64,000 nt of DNA from Rhodothermia bacterium (GCA_030428385.1 JAUIDY010000017.1:48-64047); one strand, 5' to 3'; positions 9,510 through 18,868 are shown, counted from the first letter of the stretch. Program-made: numbers and translations. Notes: generated by a model not told the origin, from the sequence alone.

Positions 9510-9625
9510 GTCATCTCGAACAGCATGAGAGATCCCCCACGTTGGAACCTGCACAATGTCTTGTTCGAGCATTGTGCGAACCAGCAGCGTGGGAGATCTC
9601 TCCTCGCGATGCTCGTCGAGATGAC
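9510..9625. repeat. Nested-hairpin intergenic element, copy B
   Basis: Arms GTCATCTCGAACAGCATGAGAGATCCCCCACG (9510-9541) and CGTGGGAGATCTCTCCTCGCGATGCTCGTCGAGATGAC (9588-9625). Inner inverted repeat GCACAATG / CATTGTGC (9551-9558 / 9570-9577). Confidence 0.65.
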
Positions 9626-9777
9626 AAGAAAAAACGTATTATCGTGTACTGAGATCGTGTATTAAGGATCATCGCCAAAGAATCACCAAACGATTATGCT
9701 ACACATATTGCATTCGTGCGTCGGTGTTTTCACCTTGGGGCTGAATATGTGTAATTTGTGTTACCCCGTGTTTGCCC

Positions 9778-10482
9778 ATGCTCGACTTTCCGCCGTTTCC
9801 CGGCTTCCGCGACGAAGCCTTTGCCTTCCTCCGCGCCCTCAAAGAGAACAACGACCGCGACTGGTTTAAACCCCGCAAGGCCACCTTCGACGACGAATTG
9901 CAATGGCCCATGCGGTGCCTGCTCGTAGACACGGCTCGCCGCCTTGCCGAGGAAGGCATCCCGCTCCTCGCCGACCCCAAAAAATCCATTTTTCGCATCT
10001 ACCGCGACACGCGGTTCTCAAAAAACAAAGATCCGTACAAAACCCACGTCGGCGGCGTGCTATCGCGCACGGGCACGGCCAAAGAGCACGGCGGCGTTTA
10101 CGTTCATGTAGAACCCGATGCCTCTTTTTTCGGCGCAGGCTTTTATCATCCCGACAAGACCCTGGTGGCGGCCTGGCGTGAGCACATGGTCAACACCCCA
10201 GCCGCGTTCCTGGACATGGTCAGCCAACTCGATGAGCGCGGGCTCGAACTGAACACCACGGACGACAGCCTCAAGCGCATGCCGCGCGGCTTTGAGGAAT
10301 ATGCCGACAGCGACGTCGCCGACTACCTGCGCTGGAAATCCTACCTCGTCGGCAAACCCATCGCCGACGAAGCCTTGCAAGCGTCTGACTTCACCGAGGC
10401 CGTTGTGCAGTTTACCAAAGATGTCCTGCCGTTTCTCGAATATGGCTGGGAACGCATGGATAGCATCACGATGCCGGCGTAG
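9778..10482 (+). CDS. DUF2461 (TIGR02453) family protein
   Basis: FLRALKENNDRDWFKPRK..., FRIYRDTRFSKNKDPYKTHVG, GFYHPD. The ATG at 9778 is preferred over the TTG at 9772. Confidence 0.8.
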   Translation: MLDFPPFPGFRDEAFAFLRALKENNDRDWFKPRKATFDDELQWPMRCLLVDTARRLAEEGIPLLADPKKSIFRIYRDTRFSKNKDPYKTHVGGVLSRTGTAKEHGGVYVHVEPDASFFGAGFYHPDKTLVAAWREHMVNTPAAFLDMVSQLDERGLELNTTDDSLKRMPRGFEEYADSDVADYLRWKSYLVGKPIADEALQASDFTEAVVQFTKDVLPFLEYGWERMDSITMPA

Positions 10483-10489
10483 CGGGGCT

Positions 10490-10560
10490 GAGTATGGGTG
10501 TGATTGAGTATGGGTGTAAGGAGAAGTTTTCTCCCATTCTCACACACTCCCACACTCCCA
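10490..10560. repeat. G-run/C-run imperfect hairpin (GAGTATGGGTGTGATTGAGTATGGGTGTAAGGAGAA / TTCTCCCATTCTCACACACTCCCACACTCCCA)
   Basis: Partly complementary arms 10490-10525 and 10529-10560 immediately after the DUF2461 stop. Same motif family as 1568-1717. Confidence 0.5.
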
Positions 10561-10629
10561 AACCAAGGCCTCACTTCTTTCCCGCCCGTGCCGTATTCTG
10601 AGGCATCGTTTCGATCAACGTTGTGCCTC

Positions 10630-11196
10630 ATGCGTCGTTTGTGTTTGCCGCTGCTCCTTTTCGGGTGCCTCGCGGCGTGTTCGTCTACCCAGCAGATTGA
10701 GACGGCTCCGCCACGTCCCGCTGTGGCGCTCTCGCCCGACACCACCGAGGCCATCCCGCAGGCGCTGCTGTCGGTCGTTGTTGAAACAGGAACCACGGCG
10801 TTGCCCGCTGATGTTGCCAGCCTGCGCCTGCGCATCGCGGAGATCCAGCTAAAACCCACCAACGGCGCGTGGACCAGCTACCCCGCCGCCGTCAACCGCT
10901 TCGAGTGGAGCGCGGGTAACCGCCTGCGCCGCACGGTTCTTTCGACCCAGATCCCCGCTGCTGCCTACGACTCAGTGGCAGTGGTGCTGGACGACCTCTA
11001 CCTCACGTTCGACGCCAATGCGGGCGGTCCGCTCACTATGCCCCGCGACGCCCCCACGCAGCTGCCGCTAGCCTGGACCGCCACCCAAGAACGCCCCACC
11101 ACCCTGCGCCTTACCTTCGAGCCTGGTGCCTCGCTGGTGCACACCCGCGACTGCCGCTGGATCTTTGCGCCGTTTTTTCTGGCTGTTGTGGAGTAG
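10630..11196 (+). CDS. Hypothetical lipoprotein (possibly DUF4382-like)
   Basis: Start moved to the ATG at 10630, which gives a lipobox signal MRRLCLPLLLFGCLAAC|SS. No confident family assignment. Confidence 0.6.
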   Translation: MRRLCLPLLLFGCLAACSSTQQIETAPPRPAVALSPDTTEAIPQALLSVVVETGTTALPADVASLRLRIAEIQLKPTNGAWTSYPAAVNRFEWSAGNRLRRTVLSTQIPAAAYDSVAVVLDDLYLTFDANAGGPLTMPRDAPTQLPLAWTATQERPTTLRLTFEPGASLVHTRDCRWIFAPFFLAVVE

Positions 11197-11201
11197 CCCA
11201 G

Positions 11202-14072
11202 CTATTTCATCAACATGACCTGCCGCGTCTCGGCAAACTGTGCCCCCGCGACCCGGATGAAGTACAACCCACTCGGGTGATCCCCCGCCTCCCACCTAAA
11301 CACACGGCTCACGTTCGCCGCCACCTCGCCCCGGTGCAGCACCGCTACCCGCTGCCCCAACACATTAAATACCTCCACCGACACTGCCTGCGCCTGACCC
11401 ACAGCCAGCGTGAATGTCGTCTCGGGGTTGAACGGGTTTGGATACGCTGCCGACAACTGGTACGCTTCCGCCATCGTGATCTCGACTTCCACCTCCGGGC
11501 TGTATGCAAACGCGCCATCGTAGTCTACCTGCTTCAATCGGAAGACGTGGCTGCCCACAGTGAGGCCCGCGACCGGATAGCGGTACGATTGCGGCTGCAA
11601 CGTCGTGCCAAATCCTTCCACGAAACCCAATTGTACAAACGCGTCGTTCTCCGCCCTGCGATGCTCGATCTCAAAGCCCGCGTTGTTGGTCTCACTGGCG
11701 GTTTCCCAGTTCAGGCGCACGACTTCGCCATCGACCAAGGCTTCGAACAGGGTGAGTTCGACGGGAAGTTCTCCGGCGGACTGTCCTTCGACGGCCCCGA
11801 TGTCGCAGGCGGCAGTACTATCGCCGTTGCCATCGGCGGGGCGGGGCTGTCCGCGCTGGTCGAGGGAGAAGGAGGTGCCACAGCCGAGGGCGCTGGTTTT
11901 GGAGCCGCCGTCGGCGGGGATGGCATCGACGGCGGGGCTGAGCGGGGAGGTGGGGATCTGGGTGAAGGTGGGGCCGCCGTTGTCTTGCAGCGGGCCCAGC
12001 AACGGGTCGGTGTTGATCTGGTCGCCCGTGGCGGTGAGAAAGCCCCCGCCATCGTCGTCGCTCAGGTTGTAGCCCTGCGACGTGATCGTTCCGATAGAGG
12101 TGTCGTCGGCGAGGTTCGCGCCATTGGCCCCATGTGTCAGAATGGTACCACTGACGGTCACATCCCCGATGAAACCGTCATTTAAGATACCCCCCCCCAG
12201 GCCGCTCGTCGCCGTATTTTCACTGATCGTTGCGTTTTGCACCGTTGTGGTGGCACCGAAACTGGTAATGCCGCCCCCTTGAAAAGCCGTGTTCTGGCTG
12301 ATCGTCGTGTTCTGCACCAGGAGCGTGTTGCCACTGTAGATGCCGCCGCCCGTGCCACCGTTCGCGGTGTTACCGCTGATGGTGCTGTTTACCACCGTGG
12401 CACTGCTGCCTGACGTATTGAAAATGCCGCCGCCGTTGATGGCCGTGTTCTGGCTGATTGTCGTGTTCTCCACCGTCAGTGTGCTGTTGTTGCGGATGCC
12501 GCCGCCCGTAGCCAACGACGAGGCCGTGTTGTTCTGGGTGATCACCGCGTTGCGCACCGTCAGCGTGCCACCGTTGAGGATGCCCGCGCCATGATTACCA
12601 CTCGGCACAAACCCGTTTGTTATCGTGAGGCCGCTGATCGTAACCGTGGTGCCCCCGCCGACCTCGAAGATGCGGCTTGTGGCGTCGCCGTCGATGGCGA
12701 GCATCGAGGCGCCCGGCCCGCTGATGGTCATGTCATCGGTGATGGTGGGCAACTGCATGCCGCCAAGCAGGATGGTGCCCGTGACGTTGGTCTTGTCGGA
12801 TATTCCTGTGCTGTCGAATGCAACGACGCCCGTGCCCGCCATGCTGCTCGCGAAGGTGATGATGTCGGTGCCGGGCCGGGCATTGGCGTAGGTGATGGCT
12901 TCGCGCAGGCTCGTGCCGCTTCCAAGGAGCGGATCACTCGTGCCGTTGTATTCGTCGGTGGCGGTTGTCACCACCAGCGATTCGAACGTCTCCACCGCAC
13001 CGATGTCGCTGTTGTCGCCGCCCGAAGCCGGAGCGATGCTGGTATCATCCTGAGGGCGCGTTCGGCCCCGTTGGTCGGTGCCCATGCCCGTGAGTTCTTT
13101 GCCCTTGTCGATGGCGGGGCTGCCGGGCATCGGCAAGTGCGTGGGGGTAGGACCGTCGTTTTCCTGGAGCGGACCCAGCATGGGGTCGGTGTTGAGTTGG
13201 TCGCCCGGTTCATCGAAGACGCTGGGTAGGCTGTTGTCATCGAGGAGGTTGTACCCTAGCGAGGTGACTGTTCCACCACCAACAACGTTAGCCCCTCCTG
13301 TTGCTCGCTTGAAGATATTGCCACCAAAGAACCAAGAACCATCGGCCGTTACGTTGCGGGGCGCATTCTGACTGAACGTAGAATTCAAAATCACCGTATC
13401 ATCCCCGCCGCCTGTGCGAATGATCGCGGCAGATCCGCCCGTATTTTGGCTAAAGGTGGAATTCAAAACCGTCACCGGCCCGCCCCTAATCAAGATGCAA
13501 CTTGCATCTACTCCCACGCCTGTATTTTGGCTAAACGTGGAGCCTTCTACGGTTAAGTTGGAAGTCGAAAGGGTAGTAATGGCAGCGCCAATATCAGGGC
13601 CGTTTTGACGGAAGTGGACATTCCGAACGGTCAACGTGCTCCCCGTCAAGATAGCTTGGGTCGTATTCTGAAGCGTAAGGCCGCTGATGGTGACCGTCGT
13701 GCCGGAAATAACGAAAAAGAGGCGACCATCGGCGGAGACCGTGCCGTCAATCGTAAGCACCGACGCACCTGGCCCGCTAATGGTCAGGTTGGTGGAAAGC
13801 AACAAGATATTACTGAGCGTGATGGTACCCGTCACGCCGCCATCGAACGTGATGGTATCGTCGCCGGGGTTGGCGTTGGCTTCGTCAATCGCCTCGCGCA
13901 GCGTGCAGTGGCTGTCACAAACACCATCGTCGATGTCAGCAGTGGTGGTCACCGTGTAGGTAGCGGCTTGCACAGTCGGAGTCGCCAGCAGCAGCACCCA
14001 AAGACCCAGAAAAAACGCAGAGCGCAACACGGCTATTTGCACTCCGGTGGTAAAAATCGTAGACAAAAGCAT
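11202..14072 (-). CDS. Large secreted parallel beta-helix protein (two choice-of-anchor-Q-like modules) with PVELT domain and T9SS C-terminal sorting domain
   Basis: Start at the ATG at 14072 (MLLSTIFTTGVQIAVLRSAFFLGLWVLLLATPTVQA). Two CxLREAI-type heads (CTLREAIDEANANPGDDTITF; TSLREAITYANARPGTDIITF), each followed by NxTxSxNT beta-helix repeats and a GYNL..D..GDQ.NTDP.LGPLQ.N.GPT...P...SPA.D.....DQRG..RP tail. C-terminus LPVELTLFEAL...AYPNPFNPETTF...GLYFIRV...VMLMK. Confidence 0.8.
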   Translation of the reverse strand: MLLSTIFTTGVQIAVLRSAFFLGLWVLLLATPTVQAATYTVTTTADIDDGVCDSHCTLREAIDEANANPGDDTITFDGGVTGTITLSNILLLSTNLTISGPGASVLTIDGTVSADGRLFFVISGTTVTISGLTLQNTTQAILTGSTLTVRNVHFRQNGPDIGAAITTLSTSNLTVEGSTFSQNTGVGVDASCILIRGGPVTVLNSTFSQNTGGSAAIIRTGGGDDTVILNSTFSQNAPRNVTADGSWFFGGNIFKRATGGANVVGGGTVTSLGYNLLDDNSLPSVFDEPGDQLNTDPMLGPLQENDGPTPTHLPMPGSPAIDKGKELTGMGTDQRGRTRPQDDTSIAPASGGDNSDIGAVETFESLVVTTATDEYNGTSDPLLGSGTSLREAITYANARPGTDIITFASSMAGTGVVAFDSTGISDKTNVTGTILLGGMQLPTITDDMTISGPGASMLAIDGDATSRIFEVGGGTTVTISGLTITNGFVPSGNHGAGILNGGTLTVRNAVITQNNTASSLATGGGIRNNSTLTVENTTISQNTAINGGGIFNTSGSSATVVNSTISGNTANGGTGGGIYSGNTLLVQNTTISQNTAFQGGGITSFGATTTVQNATISENTATSGLGGGILNDGFIGDVTVSGTILTHGANGANLADDTSIGTITSQGYNLSDDDGGGFLTATGDQINTDPLLGPLQDNGGPTFTQIPTSPLSPAVDAIPADGGSKTSALGCGTSFSLDQRGQPRPADGNGDSTAACDIGAVEGQSAGELPVELTLFEALVDGEVVRLNWETASETNNAGFEIEHRRAENDAFVQLGFVEGFGTTLQPQSYRYPVAGLTVGSHVFRLKQVDYDGAFAYSPEVEVEITMAEAYQLSAAYPNPFNPETTFTLAVGQAQAVSVEVFNVLGQRVAVLHRGEVAANVSRVFRWEAGDHPSGLYFIRVAGAQFAETRQVMLMK

Positions 14073-14123
14073 GGTGTACTTCGAATAAGTAGATGTCAAA
14101 TGGTCGAATAGAGCCCGTACGGA

Positions 14124-14173
14124 AACGACAGACAACGACATACAACGACATACAACGACATACAACGACAGAC
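14124..14173. repeat. Tandem repeat, 5 copies of a 10-bp unit (ACGACAKACA)
   Basis: acgacagaca acgacataca acgacataca acgacataca acgacagact. Lies 52-101 nt upstream of the start codon at 14072 (minus strand). Confidence 0.9.
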
Positions 14174-14420
14174 TCGGATATGCCCGAGGGGCTTCCCTTT
14201 CCTACACGACGCTTATTCGGAACCGGCTCATCAGGAACACGGATACCCCAAGCCGGACAGACAGCGGAGAAAAGAGGGGATAACAGGGGCTGTCTGTGCG
14301 GCACCTGACCGTGTGGAGGGCGCGAGACAATAAGGGTTATTTCGAAGAAACGAAAGGACGTAGTCCATAATCTCCGGAAAAACCGTGGCGTTTCCAAGCT
14401 CGTAACAGATCCGCACGGCG

Positions 14421-15404
14421 TTAGGCCTGCTGCAACGCCTCGGCGATGTGCTGCGCCGTCTCAGCGAACGGGCGGAACGTGCAGCCCAGTTCCTCCACGG
14501 CTTTGCGGTTGGTGTACGGGTAGAACCGCGCCGACGCCTGTGCCAGTTCACGGGTCAGCTTGGGCGTGGTGAAGGTAAGCCGGGCGAAGGTCTCAGCGAC
14601 AGTGCCCAGCACCTCCGCCAGCCGCGGCGATGCCATCCGGGCAGGGGGCTGCACCCCAAACGCTTCGGCGAGGGTGCCCATGATGGTTTTCCAGCGCAGG
14701 TTTTCGCTGCCGAGGAAATACCGCTCACCCGTGCGCCCGCGCTGCATCGCAAGGCGGTGCCCCTCAGCCACGTCGCGCACGTCCACCACATTCGTGCCGC
14801 CGACAGGAATGGCTGGAATCTTGCCATCGCGCACCCGCTCGCAGATCAGCCGCGTGTTTTCGCCGGAGCGCCCCACGCCGAAAATCAGCGCCGGGTTGAC
14901 GATAACGGCATCCAATCCTTCGGCAATGCCCCGGTGGATTTCTAGCTCCGACAGATATTTCGAGTAGGCGTATTCGGTATTGGCCTGGGAGTCGCGCCAC
15001 GCCGACGTTTCGTCGATGAGTCCTTCGGGCTGCGGCGGCCGTCCAAACGCGGCGAGGCTGGATGTATGCACCACGCGCTGCACGCCGTTTTTTAAGGCCG
15101 CATTCACCACATTGGCGGTGCCGCCCACGTTGATCCGGTGCAGTTTTTTCTCCTCGCGGCGTCCGCCAAACCCGATGTACGCCGCCACATGGTACACCTG
15201 CGCCACCCCCACTATCGCCGCCAACACGCTGTGTGCATCCGTCACGTCGCCGATGTGGTGTTCCACCGACGCGTCCGCCTCACTCAATAGGTCAAGCTGC
15301 GACGTGCCCCGGCGCAATACCCGCACCTCGGCTCCGTCAGCCAATAACTGTTGGACGAGTTCCGCCCCCACCATCCCGGTTGCGCCTGTGACCAAGACCT
15401 TCAT
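14421..15404 (-). CDS. NAD-dependent epimerase/dehydratase family protein (extended SDR)
   Basis: MKVLVTGATGMVGAELV Rossmann motif and a YSKYLSE (YxxxK) catalytic motif. The start overlaps the upstream stop (ATGA). Confidence 0.85.
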   Translation of the reverse strand: MKVLVTGATGMVGAELVQQLLADGAEVRVLRRGTSQLDLLSEADASVEHHIGDVTDAHSVLAAIVGVAQVYHVAAYIGFGGRREEKKLHRINVGGTANVVNAALKNGVQRVVHTSSLAAFGRPPQPEGLIDETSAWRDSQANTEYAYSKYLSELEIHRGIAEGLDAVIVNPALIFGVGRSGENTRLICERVRDGKIPAIPVGGTNVVDVRDVAEGHRLAMQRGRTGERYFLGSENLRWKTIMGTLAEAFGVQPPARMASPRLAEVLGTVAETFARLTFTTPKLTRELAQASARFYPYTNRKAVEELGCTFRPFAETAQHIAEALQQA

Positions 15405-15907
15405 TCAAACTCCAGCAGCAGGTCGTTTTTGGCGACGGCGGTCCCTTCCTCCACATGGATGGCCTTCACCACGCCATCGCCGCCCGCCCGCAGTTCATTC
15501 TCCATCTTCATCGCTTCTAACACCAACAAGGCCTCGCCCGCTTTAACGGCCTGGCCTGGCGTCACCTCTACCCGTAGTACCAACCCTGGCATGGGAGCCC
15601 GCACTTCGCGCTGGGCGGCATCGTCTCCGGCATCCAGCCCAAACCGCTCCATCAGCAGGGCGCGTTCGTCTTTCACCCGTACGTCGGTAGTTCGCCCGTT
15701 GAGCGTGACGCGGGCCGATCCATCGCCCGGTGCATCAATCACCACCGGGATACTGTTGCCGTTGAATATGAGCAGGTAGTGGCGACCCGACACCTGTTCA
15801 AACGCATAGGTGGTGGGCTCATCGTTGACAAACAATGTTTCTCCCTGCCAGCGGATATCGAAGGTACGCTCACCAACGAGCGCCCGGTAGGTACTTTTTC
15901 CGTTCAT
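15401..15907 (-). CDS. Biotin/lipoyl-attachment (biotin carboxyl carrier) protein
   Basis: C-terminal APMPGLVLRVEVTPGQAVKAGEALLVLEAMKMENELRA with the EAMKM biotinylation motif. Start moved to the ATG at 15907, which removes the overlap with aat. Confidence 0.8.
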   Translation of the reverse strand: MNGKSTYRALVGERTFDIRWQGETLFVNDEPTTYAFEQVSGRHYLLIFNGNSIPVVIDAPGDGSARVTLNGRTTDVRVKDERALLMERFGLDAGDDAAQREVRAPMPGLVLRVEVTPGQAVKAGEALLVLEAMKMENELRAGGDGVVKAIHVEEGTAVAKNDLLLEFE

Positions 15908-16004
15908 AAACCTCCCCGAGTGAATGGAACGCCATCGAAGATACAAACGCCGTAGTTTTAGCGTGTCCGCCAAATCATGGAGTTTATGTGGTGTTTCTCC
16001 CGAC

Positions 16005-16583
16005 ATGGAGCCCGCTTTCACCCCCGAGCTGCTGCTACGCGCCTATGAGATCGGCGTCTTCCCCATGGCCGAGCCCGACCACGGCACCATCTACTGGTAC
16101 CGCCCCGAGCGGCGCGGCGTGCTGCCGCTTGATGCGTTCCATGTGCCTAAAAACCTGCGCAAGACCGTTCAGCGCGGGGTATTTCACGTCACAACCGATC
16201 ATGCCTTCGAGGTGGTGATGCGGGCCTGCGCGGATCGGGATTCGACCTGGATCTCGGAGCAAATCATCGAGACGTACACCACGTTGCATCGCTGGGGGTA
16301 TGCGCACAGCGTAGAATGCTGGCAGGACGAGCAACTGGTCGGCGGCCTGTATGGCGTGGCACTCAACGGCGCTTTTTTTGGCGAGTCGATGTTTCACCGC
16401 GTCACCGACGCCTCGAAGGTGGCGCTGGTACATTTAGTTCACCGGCTGCGGACCGGTGGGTTTTTGTTGCTCGATACGCAGTACACCACCCCCCACCTGG
16501 AGCAATTTGGCGTCGTCGAGATCCCGCGTCAGGAGTACGAACGGCGGCTGGCGCAGGCGCTACAAGTGGAGGCGCGGTGGTAA
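16005..16583 (+). CDS. aat: Leucyl/phenylalanyl-tRNA--protein transferase
   Basis: [15 protein letters not shown]...[25 protein letters not shown]...[19 protein letters not shown]...[18 protein letters not shown] at 16005. Confidence 0.9.
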   Translation: MEPAFTPELLLRAYEIGVFPMAEPDHGTIYWYRPERRGVLPLDAFHVPKNLRKTVQRGVFHVTTDHAFEVVMRACADRDSTWISEQIIETYTTLHRWGYAHSVECWQDEQLVGGLYGVALNGAFFGESMFHRVTDASKVALVHLVHRLRTGGFLLLDTQYTTPHLEQFGVVEIPRQEYERRLAQALQVEARW

Positions 16584-16941
16584 CCGGGTTTATGCCGCAT
16601 TTTCTTCTGTTGCTGTAGTGTTGTTTTCAGGAACTGGGTGCTCGTTAAAAAGGTCGTGAGCATCTTGCGAGGTTGTTGGTTTTTCGTCTTTTCACCGCGG
16701 AACGAACCAAACGCCGGTGACGATTAGCAATGAGTAATGAAGGATGAATAATTACGCATTGCCCATTAGTAATCACTCCTTTGACTAAAGCCGCTGCCAC
16801 AGCTCAGCATCGAGGAAGGGGAACGTGGTCATTAAGAATGCATGCCACGTTCCCCCTTCCAATCAATACGTACAGCGATAAAAGATGGAGCCTCGTCCTC
16901 ATTAGCCGGTAGAAGGCTCCTCCATCAAAACCCGGACTCTG

Positions 16942-17832
16942 ATGCGTTTCCTCTTTACCTGTTGCGTCGCCTTGCTCGCGCTGGCCTGCGAACCCGAAGC
17001 GCCCGCTGCCCAAGACGCGCCGCCGCTAGAAACGGCTACGGCTCCCAGCGTGGCCCCTGATGCCGCCACCCAGCAGCTTTTTAATGCAACGATGGCCTAC
17101 GCCTCCACCAACGGCTTGCACAATCAGCCACTCGGTATGGTGATGCAGGAAATCGGGCTTCAGTTCAGCGGCAAACCCTACGCAGCCGGTACCCTCGATG
17201 CCCCTTCCACGGAAACGTTGGTGGTAAAACTCGACGGGTTCGACTGCGTGACCTACGTGGAGACGGTGCTGGCGATGGCACAGGGCGTAACCGCAGGCGA
17301 CACCACGTACGCGGGCTTCACCAACCGCCTCGAAACGCTGCGCTACCGCGATGGGCACTTAAACGGCTATCCCAGCCGCCTGCATTATTTCTCCGAATGG
17401 ATTGCTGATAACGAGACCCGCGCCCACGTCACCAACCTCACTGATGAACTAGGCGGCGAGCGCCTGGACAAGCAGCTGACGTTTATGGGCACCCACCGCG
17501 AAAGCTACCCACGCATGGCGACTGACGACGACGCCTTCGCACAGATCCGTGCCATGGAAGACCGCCTCGCCGACCTCGCCATCTATTACATCCCCCAGGA
17601 CCAGATCGCCACGGTATACGACCAGTTGCAGGCGGGCGACATCATCGCTACGGCTACCCACATCGACGGGCTGGACGTGACGCACACGGGGCTGGTCTAC
17701 AAAGACGGTGATCAGACCGGGTTTTTGCACGCCTCACTGAACGACGGCGTCAAGGTTTCGCCGGATCTTCAAGCCTACATTCAGAACAACAAAAGCCAGA
17801 TCGGCATTGTGGTAGCCCGCCCGCAGCAGTGA
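16942..17832 (+). CDS. DUF1460 domain protein (N-acetylmuramoyl-L-alanine amidase-like), lipoprotein
   Basis: Lipobox LLALAC|E. DGFDCVTYVETVLAMA and SRLHYFSEWIADNE blocks. Confidence 0.7.
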   Translation: MRFLFTCCVALLALACEPEAPAAQDAPPLETATAPSVAPDAATQQLFNATMAYASTNGLHNQPLGMVMQEIGLQFSGKPYAAGTLDAPSTETLVVKLDGFDCVTYVETVLAMAQGVTAGDTTYAGFTNRLETLRYRDGHLNGYPSRLHYFSEWIADNETRAHVTNLTDELGGERLDKQLTFMGTHRESYPRMATDDDAFAQIRAMEDRLADLAIYYIPQDQIATVYDQLQAGDIIATATHIDGLDVTHTGLVYKDGDQTGFLHASLNDGVKVSPDLQAYIQNNKSQIGIVVARPQQ

Positions 17833-17887
17833 CCCATGCTGGTGCAAACACGCCTCGTTTTCCCCATTTCCCACCCTTCTCACACTC

Positions 17888-18868
17888 ATGGATATCCACC
17901 GCATTGGTGTCTATACAAGCGGAGGCGACGCCCCGGGCATGAATGCCTGCGTCCGCGCTGTCGTCCGCGCTGCCGTCGCCCACGACCTCGAAGTGATTGG
18001 TATCCGGCGCGGCTACGCGGGGATGATCGACGGGGCCTTTGTAGAAATGGACGGACGCTCCGTCTCGAATATTGTGCAACAAGGCGGGACGATCCTCAAA
18101 AGCGCCCGCTCCGAACGCTTCCGTACACCCGAAGGCCGCGCCCTTGCGGCAGAGAACCTCAAAAAGGTAGGCATCGACGCGCTGGTGGGCATAGGCGGCG
18201 ACGGTACGTTTCGCGGGGCCGCCGTGTTTTTCGAAGAACACGGAATCCCTATTGTTGGATGCCCTGGCACCATCGACAACGATCTGTTCGGCACCGACGA
18301 AACCATCGGCTACGACACAGCACTCAACACGGCCGTGGAAAACATCGATAAGATCCGCGACACCGCCGACGCGCACAACCGCGTGTTTCTCGTCGAAGTG
18401 ATGGGCCGCGACTCAGGCTTCATCGCGCTCAACTGCGCCATCAGTGGCGGGGCCGAGTTGGTGCTGATCCCGGAGATGTTTACGGAGATGGACGACATCA
18501 AGGAACGCATCCTTTCGCTGATGACCGCGCAGTCGCGCTCGTCCATCGTGGTGGTGGCCGAAGGCGAAGACCAGGGCGGCGCGCACCAGATCGAGTTGGC
18601 GCTGCGGGCCGATGACGCCTTTTCCAAGATCGACCTGCGCGTATGCATCCTCGGCCATACCCAACGCGGCGGCTCCCCGTCGGCCCGCGACCGGGTGCTG
18701 GCCAGCCGCCTCGGTGCCTCCGCCGTCGAAGCCCTCCTCGACGGCCATACCTCGGTGATGGTCGGTGTGGTGAACCACGACATCAAGATGACGCCCCTGC
18801 GCAACGTGTGGAGCCGCAAGAAAAACATCAACTACGAACTGCTGAAGCTGACGCAACTGCTTTCGTAG
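17888..18868 (+). CDS. pfkA: ATP-dependent 6-phosphofructokinase
   Basis: IGVYTSGGDAPGMNA, GIGGDGTFRGA, PGTIDNDLFGTDETIGYDTALNT, EVMGRDSGFIAL and LGHTQRGG. Confidence 0.92.
   Translation: MDIHRIGVYTSGGDAPGMNACVRAVVRAAVAHDLEVIGIRRGYAGMIDGAFVEMDGRSVSNIVQQGGTILKSARSERFRTPEGRALAAENLKKVGIDALVGIGGDGTFRGAAVFFEEHGIPIVGCPGTIDNDLFGTDETIGYDTALNTAVENIDKIRDTADAHNRVFLVEVMGRDSGFIALNCAISGGAELVLIPEMFTEMDDIKERILSLMTAQSRSSIVVVAEGEDQGGAHQIELALRADDAFSKIDLRVCILGHTQRGGSPSARDRVLASRLGASAVEALLDGHTSVMVGVVNHDIKMTPLRNVWSRKKNINYELLKLTQLLS

Noticed and set aside
12190-12198. C9 run inside the beta-helix gene, and a C8 run at 62303-62310 inside the ROK kinase gene, considered as possible phase-variation tracts.
   Set aside because: Both encode in-frame Gly runs in conserved contexts (GLGGGIL; GIGGGAL of the ROK motif). 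They are a consequence of GGG codons in a high-GC genome.
14124-14173. Decamer array considered as a CRISPR-like or minisatellite locus.
   Set aside because: The units are contiguous with no spacers, only 10 bp long and 50 bp in total, and there are no cas genes. It is kept as a promoter-region tandem repeat instead.
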